Shown in pieces: positions 47,563-57,187 of a stretch of DNA of 64,000 nt. Numbering within the stretch: the first letter of the stretch is position 1; the number at the start of each line of letters is the position of its first letter. Source of the DNA: Candidatus Multivoradales bacterium (GTDB lineage: Bacteria; Acidobacteriota; Thermoanaerobaculia; Multivoradales; JAHEKO01); the NCBI GenBank assembly GCA_965223155.1, contig CBDCVR010000014.1, positions 672,001 to 736,000 on the forward strand, written 5' to 3'. Made by a program: the position numbers and the translations under genes. Under the pieces are notes generated by a model. That model searched no databases and had not been told where the DNA came from. It saw nothing but the letters and a program-made list of their open reading frames with translations.

Positions 47563-48728
47563 CGCGACGAGTCCGCTCCAGAATCCAACATCGCCGCGTA
47601 GCGGCGAGCCTCGGCATGGGTTGCGTCGAGGCGCAGCGCCCGTTGCAGATGATGCCGGGCTCGATCGAGGCTGCCGGTGGCGACAAAGACCTTGGCCAGG
47701 CCGACGTGAACCTCCGGCACTTCGCTGTCGGTGCGCAAGGCGCGGCGCATGTACTCCAGAGCGGTTCCGGGATCCCCCTCCGCCAGCGCCTGCTCGCCCC
47801 GATAGACGAAGAAAAAGGGATTGGTCTCGTTGACCTGCTCGAGCTCGTCCAGTAGCACCTTGGCCCGGTCCAACTCACCCAGCTCCTGGTAGGTGCGAGC
47901 CAGGTTGCTCATGATCGGCACGCTGGCGGGATGGAGTTCGAGCCCACGCGAGTAGAGCCTGGCAGCGTCGTCCAGCCTCCCCTGGCGCAAGTAGATGATG
48001 CCCAGGTTGTTCACCGCCTTCTCGAAGTCCGGGGCCAGAGCGGTGGCGATTCTGAGATGCGGCTCCGCGCTTGCGACATCGCCCTCCATCAAGGCTTCGG
48101 CGCCCAGGTTGTTGTAGAAGTGGGCCATCGCCGTGAGGTCGTCGATGGGTTTGAAGTCCCTGTAGGCCTTGGCCCGGTACGGCAGGAAGTCGAACGTCGA
48201 CAGGTCGCCGTCGATAGTCATCCCCGCCACGATGTGCCCGCGGCTGACCACCACGCCGTCCTTGTAGTTCCAGCGCTGGTAGTCCTCGACCTCGACGTAA
48301 AAGGGATTGAGGCGCTGCTCGCGGGCGATGCCCACGAACAAGTTGACGAACGACAGGCAGTTGCCCTCGCGGGAAAAGAAGGTGTCGCTGGCGTCCCGGG
48401 TCGGCGTCAGCGAGTACTGGAGATCGAGGCCACTGAAGATGTAGTCGATGATCTCCTCGGTCCTGCGTTTCTCGCTTCCCACTGGGCTCAGGATCTCCGC
48501 GACGGCAAGCCGGGTGGCCTCGTCCAACTGGGAGGGAACCTGGACTTGGTGCCGGAGCTCGGCCGGGACGCGATCGAGAGCCTTCTCGGTGACGTAGCGA
48601 TCGGCGTCGAAGGCCTGGTACTGCGAGCATCCCGCCGGCACCAGCCCAACCAGCGCCAACAGGACCACGAGCCCCCGTCCGGCGCCACGCCGGCTCGAGG
48701 GTCTGGAGAAGTTCAGGTTAGACGACAT
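47559..48728 (-). CDS. Transglutaminase-like domain + TPR lipoprotein
   Basis: PAGC lipobox; GNCLSFVNLFV (Cys), GHI (His), FDF (Asp); AHFYNNLGAEAL TPRs; start uncertain (up to 48833). Confidence 0.8.
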   Translation of the reverse strand: MSSNLNFSRPSSRRGAGRGLVVLLALVGLVPAGCSQYQAFDADRYVTEKALDRVPAELRHQVQVPSQLDEATRLAVAEILSPVGSEKRRTEEIIDYIFSGLDLQYSLTPTRDASDTFFSREGNCLSFVNLFVGIAREQRLNPFYVEVEDYQRWNYKDGVVVSRGHIVAGMTIDGDLSTFDFLPYRAKAYRDFKPIDDLTAMAHFYNNLGAEALMEGDVASAEPHLRIATALAPDFEKAVNNLGIIYLRQGRLDDAARLYSRGLELHPASVPIMSNLARTYQELGELDRAKVLLDELEQVNETNPFFFVYRGEQALAEGDPGTALEYMRRALRTDSEVPEVHVGLAKVFVATGSLDRARHHLQRALRLDATHAEARRYAAMLDSGADSSR

Positions 48729-49037
48729 CCGCAAGAACGGGCCGAGATCAGCGGGATCCATGAGATCGACAGAGAGCCGAGTCGCTCGGTGCCTTCCAAG
48801 GAAAGCAAGATCCAGCCCACGCGTCGAATTCAAACTACGAAGCCCAAAGCTCCAGGGTTTTCAGGCTCTTCTCGAGACCGCTGCGCCAGACCTCCAAACG
48901 GGATCCAAAACATTGGATCCGCCGCCATCCAAGGCCCCGGACACCCCTGCTGCGACAACCGATTCCGACTACCCGGTTCGTCCCGACAACTTCAATTGTG
49001 ACAGCTACTTAGGCCGCCCCTGGAGGCTATCGAAAAG

Positions 49038-49054
49038 TTGGCAGTGGCCTTGCT
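49038..49054 (+). promoter_or_regulatory. Putative sigma-54 (-24/-12) promoter of the TonB-dependent receptor
   Basis: TTGGCAGTGGCCTTGCT has exact GG-N10-GC spacing, ~185 nt upstream of the ATG. Confidence 0.55.
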
Positions 49055-49237
49055 TGACCTTGCTGTCGTGACTAGTGTACAGTTCGCCGCATCGAGCCAT
49101 GGGTCCGCGACGGAATCGACTGTGTCGTTTCAGTCGAAGTTTGCCTGTGGCTCTAAGCATAGTGTGTCCGCGGAATTCCCGAACGGCCATGAGGCCAATC
49201 GGGGATTCCAACTAACCACAACCAAGGAGGTTTGTGT

Positions 49238-52204
49238 ATGAGAAACAGCGTCTTACGCAAGCTGATTGTCTTGGGTGTCGTCGCCGTCCTGGGTGCCGCG
49301 GGTTTCGCGGTTGCTCAGGAGGAGACCGGTAACGTTTACGTCGTTGCCAGCGATACCGATGGCAACCGGCTACCGGGCGTGACGACGACTCTGGACTGCG
49401 GCGCTGGCGCCCAGGTCCAGATCACCGACGGTCAGGGGCAAGCTCGCTTCCTGGCGATCGACCCGGGCAATTGTCAGCTGACGCTCCAACTGGATGGCTT
49501 CGGTACCGTTGAGTACCCGGCCGTCAACGTTCGTGTTGCGCGCAACACCAACGTCGAGGCGACGCTTTCCGCCGCCGTGACGGAGACCATCACGGTCACG
49601 TCTGAGAGTCCTCTTCTCGATGAGAAGAAGATCGGCGCGGGTACGACGATCTCGCAGGTCGAGCTGGAGAAGATCCCGACCGCTCGTGATCCCTGGTCGG
49701 TACTTTCCCAGACCCCGGGCGTCATGGTCGATCGCATCAACGTCGGCGGCAACGAAAGTGGCCAGCAGTCGACGTTCACCGGTCCCGGCGTGTCGGACGA
49801 TGAGAACGCCTTCCTCGTGGATGGCGTCGAGATCACCGACATGGCGGCCGTTGGCGCTTCCTCGACCTACTACGACTTCGACCAGTTCACCGAGATGCAG
49901 TTCTCGACGGGTGGCACCGACGTCACCAAGTCGGCGGCCGGCGTTTCGGTCAACCTGGTGACGAAGCGTGGCACCAACGAGTTCCGCGGTTCGGCCCGCA
50001 TCCTGCGCACCGACTCGAACGCGTTCGACGTCTTCACCCAGACGATCAACGTGCTGGAGTCCGGCAACGCGGACCTGGCCGACAACCAGTCGGGCTTCGT
50101 CGGCAACAGCATTCGCCAGATCACGGAATACGGCCTCGAGGCCGGTGGTCCGGTGATGCGCGACAAGCTCTGGTTCTGGGGCTCGTTTGGCAACAACGAC
50201 ATCCGCAACCGCACCGGCGGCCGCACCCTGGCTGACGTCCAGAGCGACGACACCGTGCTCGAGAACACCGCGTTCAAGTTCAACGCGTCGCTTTCGGGCT
50301 CGAACTCGGCTCAGGGTTCGTGGAACAACGGTGACAAGCAGAAGTTCGGCCGGAACGCCAGCCCGACCCGCCCCCAGGCCACGGCCTGGAACCAGCGTGG
50401 TCCCTCGGCGATCATCAAGTTCGAAGACACCCACGTCTTCAGCTCGAACTTCTTCCTCGGCGGCACCTGGGCGAAGGTGGACGGCGGCTTCGGCCTGACC
50501 TGCATCGCCTGCGCCGGCGCCGGCAGCCTCGAGGCCACGCCCGAGACTTCCTGGACCGCCGATGGTGTCTGGCAGAACAGCTTCCTCTCGGGGAACTCGA
50601 GCCGTCCGTCGGAAGAGATCAAGGTTGACGGTAACTACTTCTTCAACACCGGTTCGACCAACCACGAGATCAAGTTCGGCGCTCGCGAGCGCAACTTCGA
50701 GACCGTGAGTAACTTCAACTGGGCCGGCCGCGACATCTTCGTCGTCGACCTCGGCCTGTTCGGCGTTCCGGGTAACACCGAGTACGTGGTCGCCCACCGT
50801 GGCGCGACGCCTCTGATCTCGCAGGACTACACGTCCTTCTGGGCTCAGGACACGATCAGCGCCGGTGACTGGACGGTCAACGTCGGTTTCCGTTGGGATC
50901 AGCAGGAGGGCTTCAACGAGGCCTTCTCGATTCCGGCGAACCCCGCGTTCCCGGATCTGCTTCCGGCTCTGTCGATCAACGGCATCGATCCTGGTTTCGA
51001 CTGGGACACGATCTCGCCGCGTATCGGCGTGACCTACGCTCTGGGTGAGGAGAACAAGACTCTCCTCCGGGCGAGCTTCGCTCAGTTCCCCGAGCAGCTG
51101 TCGACCGGCAACATCCAGCAGGTCAACCCGCTGGGTGACGCCTACGCCTACCTGGTCTACGACGACGCCAATGGCGACCTCGTCTACCAGGAAGGTGAGA
51201 CCATCCTCGGTCTCGACGGTGCCACCAACTTCGATCCGTCGAACCCTGGTTCCACGGTCAGCCCGAACCGGACCGACCCGAATCTGGATCCGTCGATCAC
51301 CGACGAGATCCTGCTTTCGGTCGAGCACGCGTTCCTGCCCGAGTTCGTGGCCGGATTCAACGTCACGCTGCGTAACACCAGCGACCTGCTCTCCGCTGAG
51401 CGCGAGATCATCGTCGATCCGGTTACCGGTCAGACCCGTGTCACCACGGCGGCTGATTTCGTCCAGGACGGCACGGTCAGCGGCACGCTGCCCGATGGCT
51501 CGACCTACAACGAGCCGGTCTTCGCGATCTTCTGTGGCAGTGCCTGCCGTACCGGCGGTTCGCTCCTCGAGAACACCGACCGCGAGGTCGAGTACGAGGG
51601 CTTCGGCGTCAACTTCATCAAGCGCCTGTCCAACCGCTGGATGCTCCGTGGCTACTTCAACTTCGGCGAAGGTGAGTACAGCCTCGGCAACTCCTACGTC
51701 GCGAACTACGACCCGAACAACGGTGAGGGTGGATTCGACGACGCGGGTGGTCTCTTTGCGGTCCAGGCTGCCGGTTCCGGTGCCAAGCAGGACGTGTTCC
51801 TCCAGAGCTCGTACCAGTGGAACCTGAACGGCATGTACCAGGTCGCTCCCGACCGTCCGTGGGGCTTCAACGTCGCGGCCAATCTCTTTGGTCGTGAAGG
51901 CACCCCGCTGCCGTACTACCACCGGGCTCGCCAGTCCGATGGCATCCGGCGCGACATTCAGGTCACGAGCGGTATCGACTCGTTCCGTTCGGACGACGTC
52001 AACACCGTCGACCTGCGGCTCGAGAAGGAGTTCGCAGCGACCGGAAACGTCGGGTTCACGGTCAGCATCGACGCCTTCAACCTGCTGGATGAGAGTTTCG
52101 TCCTGCAGCGGCGTCGTCAGACGAATACTTCGCAGTTCGACTGGGTCACCGAGACCCTGTCGCCGCGGATCTTCCGTCTGGGCGTCCGCCTGAACTGGCG
52201 GTAA
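49238..52204 (+). CDS. TonB-dependent receptor (Oar-like: carboxypeptidase-regulatory-like domain, plug, beta-barrel)
   Basis: AAGGAGG SD; signal peptide; LPGVT, ETITVTSESPLLD, IPTARDPW, NLVTKRGTNEFRGS, SPRIGVTYAL and PRIFRLGVRLNW. Confidence 0.9.
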   Translation: MRNSVLRKLIVLGVVAVLGAAGFAVAQEETGNVYVVASDTDGNRLPGVTTTLDCGAGAQVQITDGQGQARFLAIDPGNCQLTLQLDGFGTVEYPAVNVRVARNTNVEATLSAAVTETITVTSESPLLDEKKIGAGTTISQVELEKIPTARDPWSVLSQTPGVMVDRINVGGNESGQQSTFTGPGVSDDENAFLVDGVEITDMAAVGASSTYYDFDQFTEMQFSTGGTDVTKSAAGVSVNLVTKRGTNEFRGSARILRTDSNAFDVFTQTINVLESGNADLADNQSGFVGNSIRQITEYGLEAGGPVMRDKLWFWGSFGNNDIRNRTGGRTLADVQSDDTVLENTAFKFNASLSGSNSAQGSWNNGDKQKFGRNASPTRPQATAWNQRGPSAIIKFEDTHVFSSNFFLGGTWAKVDGGFGLTCIACAGAGSLEATPETSWTADGVWQNSFLSGNSSRPSEEIKVDGNYFFNTGSTNHEIKFGARERNFETVSNFNWAGRDIFVVDLGLFGVPGNTEYVVAHRGATPLISQDYTSFWAQDTISAGDWTVNVGFRWDQQEGFNEAFSIPANPAFPDLLPALSINGIDPGFDWDTISPRIGVTYALGEENKTLLRASFAQFPEQLSTGNIQQVNPLGDAYAYLVYDDANGDLVYQEGETILGLDGATNFDPSNPGSTVSPNRTDPNLDPSITDEILLSVEHAFLPEFVAGFNVTLRNTSDLLSAEREIIVDPVTGQTRVTTAADFVQDGTVSGTLPDGSTYNEPVFAIFCGSACRTGGSLLENTDREVEYEGFGVNFIKRLSNRWMLRGYFNFGEGEYSLGNSYVANYDPNNGEGGFDDAGGLFAVQAAGSGAKQDVFLQSSYQWNLNGMYQVAPDRPWGFNVAANLFGREGTPLPYYHRARQSDGIRRDIQVTSGIDSFRSDDVNTVDLRLEKEFAATGNVGFTVSIDAFNLLDESFVLQRRRQTNTSQFDWVTETLSPRIFRLGVRLNWR

Positions 52205-52228
52205 GCCGAACCTCAATCTTTGAGGTCC

Positions 52229-52262
52229 AAGGGCCGGGGGGCAACCCCCGGTCCTTTTTTTT
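52229..52262 (+). terminator. Rho-independent terminator after the TonB-dependent receptor
   Basis: AAGGGCCGGGGG-GCAA-CCCCCGGTCCTT followed by a T-run. Confidence 0.85.
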
Positions 52263-52310
52263 ATGCCGGCGCACCAGAGGCAAGCGCCCGCGCCACGAGG
52301 CCCGGACGTT

Positions 52311-52788
52311 CGGCCGGCGGGAGCGCCGGGGGACGGCGGCCGCCAGGAGGCTTGCGACGACTCGGCGTCCGCCTGCACGCGGCTACGCGCAAGCCAATGA
52401 GAGTTCCTGAACCTTGGTTCCTAGCGCTTGCCGCGAGCCCCCGGATGTCCTGCCGGCTTCGGTCCTGAAGCGACTCTGAAGCCACGGTATCGGGAAGCGA
52501 AACGGCTCGCGGCCCTCCGACGACTCCAGGAGCCAAAGCGGTAGACCTTGAACGAGCCCGGCGGGAGTGATTGCCCTGGAACGACCCACAAGAAGGCCGT
52601 CCCCATGAGGCGGCAGAGCTGAGACTGAGGAGCGGGCGGTGGTTGTGCGGGGCTCGGACCGAGCGCCCGGAACCACGAACTGAGGCCCCTCTCGAGCCGG
52701 TGCGAAGGTCGGCGCAGGGCCGCGTCCACCACTCCAGAGGCCTCCCAGCGCGGCCCGTCCCGCACGGCACCGTCCGCTCCCAGCCGAC
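52311..52788 (+). repeat. ~480-nt non-coding direct repeat, copy 1 (candidate structured RNA)
   Basis: Aligns by eye with 52891-53370 (offset 579-582); the central ~230 nt differ at only 4 positions. Confidence 0.9.
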
Positions 52789-52890
52789 AAGGAGGCGGGC
52801 CCGGCCTTCATCCCCGAGGACCGGAGCAGACAACAGACGCGGGAGACCCTTCGGCCGAACTCCGCACGTCCGATCCGTTGGGCGGGCCTC

Positions 52891-53370
52891 CGGCCGGCGA
52901 GAGCGCCGAGGGACGGCGGCCGCTAGGAGACTTGCGAGGACTGGCGTCCGCCTGCACGCGGCTTCGCGCAAGCCAGTGAGGGCTTCCGGAACATTGATTC
53001 CGAGCGCTTGCCGCGAAGCCCCCCGGACGTCCTGCCGGCCTCGCTCCTGAAGCGACTCTGAAACCGCGGTATCAGGAAGCGAAACGGCTCGCGGCCCTCC
53101 GACGACTCCAGGAGCCAAAGCGGTTGACCTTGAACGAGCCCGGCGGGAGTGATTGCCCTGGAACGACCCACAAGAAGGCCGTCGCCATGAGGCGGCAGAG
53201 CTGAGGCTGAGGAGCGGGCGGTGGTTGTGCGGGGCTCGGACCGAGCGCCCGGAACCACGAACGGAGGCCCCTCTCGAGCCGGTGCGAAGGTCGGCGCAGG
53301 GCCGCGCCTACCAACTCGGAGGCCGAACAGCGCGGCCCGTCCCACACGGCACCGCCCGCTCCCGGCCGGC
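52891..53370 (+). repeat. ~480-nt non-coding direct repeat, copy 2 (candidate structured RNA)
   Basis: Diverged copy of 52311-52788 with 1-2 nt indels and conserved stems. Confidence 0.9.
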
Positions 53371-53513
53371 ACGGAGAAACGAGTACAAGGTCCTTGGAGC
53401 CGAGGACGGCAGCGACAAAACCGCACCGTCTTCCGAGGCGATCGAGAGGAAGTCGAAGCGTCGTCCTAAGATGCGCCGTGCCTGCCAGCCTGACCATGCC
53501 CCCGCGCCACGCC

Positions 53514-53530
53514 CTGGCTTTCTTCTTGCA
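53514..53530 (+). promoter_or_regulatory. Putative sigma-54 (-24/-12) promoter
   Basis: CTGGCTTTCTTCTTGCA has GG-N10-GC spacing, ~87 nt upstream of ATG 53617. Confidence 0.45.
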
Positions 53531-53616
53531 AAAAGGCCCTGTAGTAGACTCGCGAAAGGCGTTCCGACGCCTTTTGCTCACAAGTTTCGACAAGGTTTTT
53601 CCAGGAGGGAAAGAGG

Positions 53617-54747
53617 ATGTCTCGCAAGCAATTCGCCAGTCTGGCGGTGGTCGCGGTAGCCAGCTTGGCGGTCGCGTCGGCGCCGGTTTTCGCGCAGTCT
53701 TGGGCAGGGAAAGGGCGTGCATTCGGTTCGGTCAAAGACGACAAGGGCAACCCGATCGAGGGCGCCCGCATTCAGATGTACAAAGACGCCGAGGGCAACG
53801 GCCCGGGGCCCAAGTACACGGACAAGAAGGGCAAGTTCGGCTTCGGCGGCCTGGGCGGCGGTCTCTGGACCGTGCTCATCGACGCCGACGGCTACAAGCC
53901 CTCTCAAGGCGCGTACGCGGTCAACGAGTTCCAAGCCGGCAAGCCGGTCCAGATCGTTCTGGTTCCAGATCCCTTCGGCGTCATCTCGGTGGGCGACGGC
54001 CTGCTCGAGGAGAAGAAGTACGCCGAGGCGCGGGCGGCCTACGAGAACGCGCTGGCCCAGCTTCCCGAGGAGCAGGCGGCAAGGCTTCGCTCCCGCATCG
54101 GCGACACCTATCTCGAGGAGGGCAATGCCGAGGCGGCCCGAGCCGAGTACCTGAAATCGCTCCCTCTGATTCCTGAGGCCGAACAGGCTCATATCCGCCT
54201 CCAGCTCGCCAAGACCTACGAGTTCGAGAACAACAACGAGGCGGTTCGCGGCGAGCTCGAAAAAGTCCTCGAGATCCTGGACCCGGCGGCGCAGGGTCAG
54301 GTGCTCCTGATGATGGCGCGCTCGTTCGACAGCGACGGCCAGACCGACAAGGCCATCGAGACCCTTCAGCGCGCCCTGGAACTGGATCCCGAGAACGTCC
54401 AGCTGCTGCAGATCACCGCCGACTTTCTGACGCGTACCGGCCGCGAGGACGAGGCCCGCGAGTACCTCGCGCGCCTTCCGGAAGACGTCACGCTGCCGGC
54501 CGACATGGTGCTCAACATCGGCATCCGGCTCTACAACGAAGGCGACGTGGACAAGGCATTCGGCTACTTCAACCGGGCCGTGGACGAGAATCCGAGCCTG
54601 GCCGAGGCGTACTACTACCGGGGTCTGGTCAACCTCAACCGCAACCAGACCGAAGAGGCAAAGGCCGACTTCGGCAAGCTGCTCGAGCTCGATCCCGAGT
54701 CCGCGCACGCGGCGGAAGTGAACGAGTTTCTCAAGTATCTCAACTAG
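53617..54747 (+). CDS. Secreted carboxypeptidase-regulatory-like domain + TPR protein
   Basis: Signal peptide ending VFA-QSWAGKGR; GSVKDDKGNPIEGA, TDKKGKF; TPRs. Confidence 0.85.
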   Translation: MSRKQFASLAVVAVASLAVASAPVFAQSWAGKGRAFGSVKDDKGNPIEGARIQMYKDAEGNGPGPKYTDKKGKFGFGGLGGGLWTVLIDADGYKPSQGAYAVNEFQAGKPVQIVLVPDPFGVISVGDGLLEEKKYAEARAAYENALAQLPEEQAARLRSRIGDTYLEEGNAEAARAEYLKSLPLIPEAEQAHIRLQLAKTYEFENNNEAVRGELEKVLEILDPAAQGQVLLMMARSFDSDGQTDKAIETLQRALELDPENVQLLQITADFLTRTGREDEAREYLARLPEDVTLPADMVLNIGIRLYNEGDVDKAFGYFNRAVDENPSLAEAYYYRGLVNLNRNQTEEAKADFGKLLELDPESAHAAEVNEFLKYLN

Positions 54748-54921
54748 TCAAATCTGCTCGCCGAGAGTCTACTGCGAAGCCGCAACTGCCTGAGTCCGCT
54801 GCGTTCCGCCGCCATCGGGCGTCTCGGCGTACCGACGGGGCGTCTGCACCGCCGTCGATCGCTCGTCCGGCATGCCGGAGCCTCCGCGGTTTCGCCTCAC
54901 GACTCCGGTGATGCGGCCGGG

Positions 54922-57123
54922 CTGGCTTACGCGCGGCATAGAGCCGTTCGTGCTCCGGGCGCCCGAGATCAGCGCTGGTTTCGTTTTCTAGCCGCGGTCG
55001 CCGTCCTCACGATCGCGGCTTTTTCGTGTCGGCCCGCCGCGCAAACGGCTCCGGCTCGTCCGCCGATCATCCTGATCTCGATCGACACGCTCCGATCCGA
55101 TCGGTTGCCGATGTACGGCTACACGGCGGTCGAGACCCCGAACCTGGACCGGCTGCGCGACGATTCGATCCTCTTCGAGCGTGCCTACAGCCACGTCCCG
55201 CTGACGCTGCCGTCCCACGCCTCGATGCTGAGCGGGCAGCTGCCGCCCGAACACGGCGTGCGCGACAACCTCGGCTACCGTCTCGACGCCACGGACGGGC
55301 CCTGGCTGCCGGCACGCCTCCGAGATCTCGGCTACCGAACCGGGGCCGCGATCTCGGCCTACGTGCTCCGATCCAGCACCGGCATCGGCTCCGGGTTCGA
55401 CCACTATGAGGACGACATCGCGCTCGCCGCTCAGGCCGCTTTGGGACGCCTCCAGCGCTCCGGCGCCGAGACCTTCGAGGCCTCCCTGGACTGGCTTGCC
55501 TCCGTGCGCTCCGGGCCGTTCTTCTACTTCTTCCACACCTACGAACCGCATTCTCCCTACACGCCGCCGGAGCCGTTCCGCTCGCGCTATCCCGACCGGC
55601 CCTACGACGGCGAGGTAGCGGAGGCCGATCGCCAGGTGGGGCTCCTCCTCCAGAAGCTCGAGGAATGGGACCTCTACGACTCGGCGGTCATCGTCCTGAC
55701 CTCGGATCATGGCGAGGGCCTCGGTGAGCACGAGCAGCAAGAGCACGAGGTCCTCGTGTACCGCGAGAACCTCCAAGTGCCGCTCTTGATCAAGCTCCCC
55801 GACTCCAAGCGAGGCGGAGACGCGGTCGCGGCACCGGTGCAACTGGTGGACCTCTACCCCACTCTGCTCGAGGTCGTAGGCGAGACCCCGGAGCCGGGTC
55901 TTCAAGGAAGCTCTCTGTTGGCGGCATCACCGGCCGCCGATCGCCCGATCTACGCCGAGTCGCTCTATCCCCGGCTGCACTATGGGTGGAGCGATCTGGC
56001 GTCGGTCATCCAAGGCAAGTGGCACTTCATCGCCGCGCCCCGGCCCGAGCTCTACGATCTGGATCGAGATCCCGGAGAGCTCGACAACGTCGCCGCCGCG
56101 AACCGCTCGGACTTCGCCCGCCTGCGCAAACGGCTCGACGAGTTCGGCTTCTCGTTCGCCCGGCCCACCGACGCCGGCGACGAGGACCGGGCCAAGTTGG
56201 CGGCGCTCGGCTATGTCGGCTCGGTGGCCGCCGAGGACGGCGCCCCTCTCGCCGACCCGAAAGACCGGATGCACGTCGTTGCCAGCCTGGGCCGGGCTTT
56301 CGGCTACTTCTTCCAGAGCCAGTACGGCCGGGCCGAGCAGGCTTTCGCGGCCACGGTCGCCGAAGAACCCCAGCTCATCGACGCCTGGGAGCATCTCGGC
56401 AAGGCGCGGCACCGATTGGGCCGGTTCGACCAGGCCGAGCAGGCCTTCCGGCGGGCCCTCGAGCTCTCGGGCGGGGCGCCGCACATCGCGCTCGCCGCGG
56501 CCGAGATGTTTCTGGAAGCCCAAGACCTCGACCAGGCGCGAGCCCACGCCGAACTCGCCCGCGGCCAGCACGAGGTGGCCCTGGACATCCTGGCGCAGAT
56601 CGCCGTCCGCCAGGAACGCCTGGACGATGCGGAAGCGCTCATTCAGGGGGCCCTGCCCGAACGCGGCCGCAGGCTGGGGCCGCTCATCACCCAAGTGGAC
56701 TTGCGCATCCGGCAGGGGCGACTCCAGGAAGCGGTGGCGTTGAGCCAAGCCGTCGAAGAGGAAGCGTCGGGCGGCGATCCGGTGCTCTTGCGCGGCCTGT
56801 TCTTCCTCAGAGGCACGGCCCTCGCCCGCCTCGGCGAAGCCGGTCCCGCGGCCGCCGCCTTCGAGCGGGAGATCGCTCTCTCGCCCAACGAGCTGGCCTC
56901 GTACACCCATCTCGCCTATCTGTACGCCCTCACTGGAAACCCGAACGGCGCAGGCGAGACCCTACGGCGCATGGTCGATACGAATCCGACTCCGCATGCC
57001 TTCGCCGAGGCCGTACGGACGTTGCGCGCGATGAACGACACGCGCTCGGCGGCCGGGCTGCTGCGTCAGGCTCGGTCCCGGTGGCCGCGCGATCCCGAGC
57101 TGGCCGAGCTCGCCCTCCGGTAG
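54922..57123 (+). CDS. Sulfatase-like hydrolase/transferase with C-terminal TPRs (lipoprotein); start uncertain
   Basis: Frame extends upstream of 55105 through FLAAVAVLTIAAFSC (signal/lipobox) and PPIILISIDTLRSD; TLPSHASMLSG, HTYEPH and TSDHGE motifs. CTG 54922 is a tentative start. Confidence 0.85.
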   Translation: MAYARHRAVRAPGARDQRWFRFLAAVAVLTIAAFSCRPAAQTAPARPPIILISIDTLRSDRLPMYGYTAVETPNLDRLRDDSILFERAYSHVPLTLPSHASMLSGQLPPEHGVRDNLGYRLDATDGPWLPARLRDLGYRTGAAISAYVLRSSTGIGSGFDHYEDDIALAAQAALGRLQRSGAETFEASLDWLASVRSGPFFYFFHTYEPHSPYTPPEPFRSRYPDRPYDGEVAEADRQVGLLLQKLEEWDLYDSAVIVLTSDHGEGLGEHEQQEHEVLVYRENLQVPLLIKLPDSKRGGDAVAAPVQLVDLYPTLLEVVGETPEPGLQGSSLLAASPAADRPIYAESLYPRLHYGWSDLASVIQGKWHFIAAPRPELYDLDRDPGELDNVAAANRSDFARLRKRLDEFGFSFARPTDAGDEDRAKLAALGYVGSVAAEDGAPLADPKDRMHVVASLGRAFGYFFQSQYGRAEQAFAATVAEEPQLIDAWEHLGKARHRLGRFDQAEQAFRRALELSGGAPHIALAAAEMFLEAQDLDQARAHAELARGQHEVALDILAQIAVRQERLDDAEALIQGALPERGRRLGPLITQVDLRIRQGRLQEAVALSQAVEEEASGGDPVLLRGLFFLRGTALARLGEAGPAAAAFEREIALSPNELASYTHLAYLYALTGNPNGAGETLRRMVDTNPTPHAFAEAVRTLRAMNDTRSAAGLLRQARSRWPRDPELAELALR

Positions 57124-57187
57124 TCAGCCTCTCGCGATCCAGGCAACACCGTAGCGGCCTAGAGCCGACATCGAGACAGCAGTGCTG

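Noticed and set aside
49370-52378. 1002-aa antisense ORF opposite the TonB-dependent receptor
   Set aside because: Shadow ORF: the codon-biased sense gene avoids TTA/CTA/TCA, so the antisense frame lacks stops; no recognisable motifs.
52311-53370. CRISPR array or IS element as an explanation of the repeat
   Set aside because: Only two ~480-nt units, no short repeat-spacer pattern, no cas or transposase gene, and no obvious terminal inverted repeats.
52261-53722. ORFs of 100-285 aa on both strands within the duplicated region
   Set aside because: Indels between the copies shift frames, the translations are R/P/G-rich without motifs, and there are no convincing SD sites.
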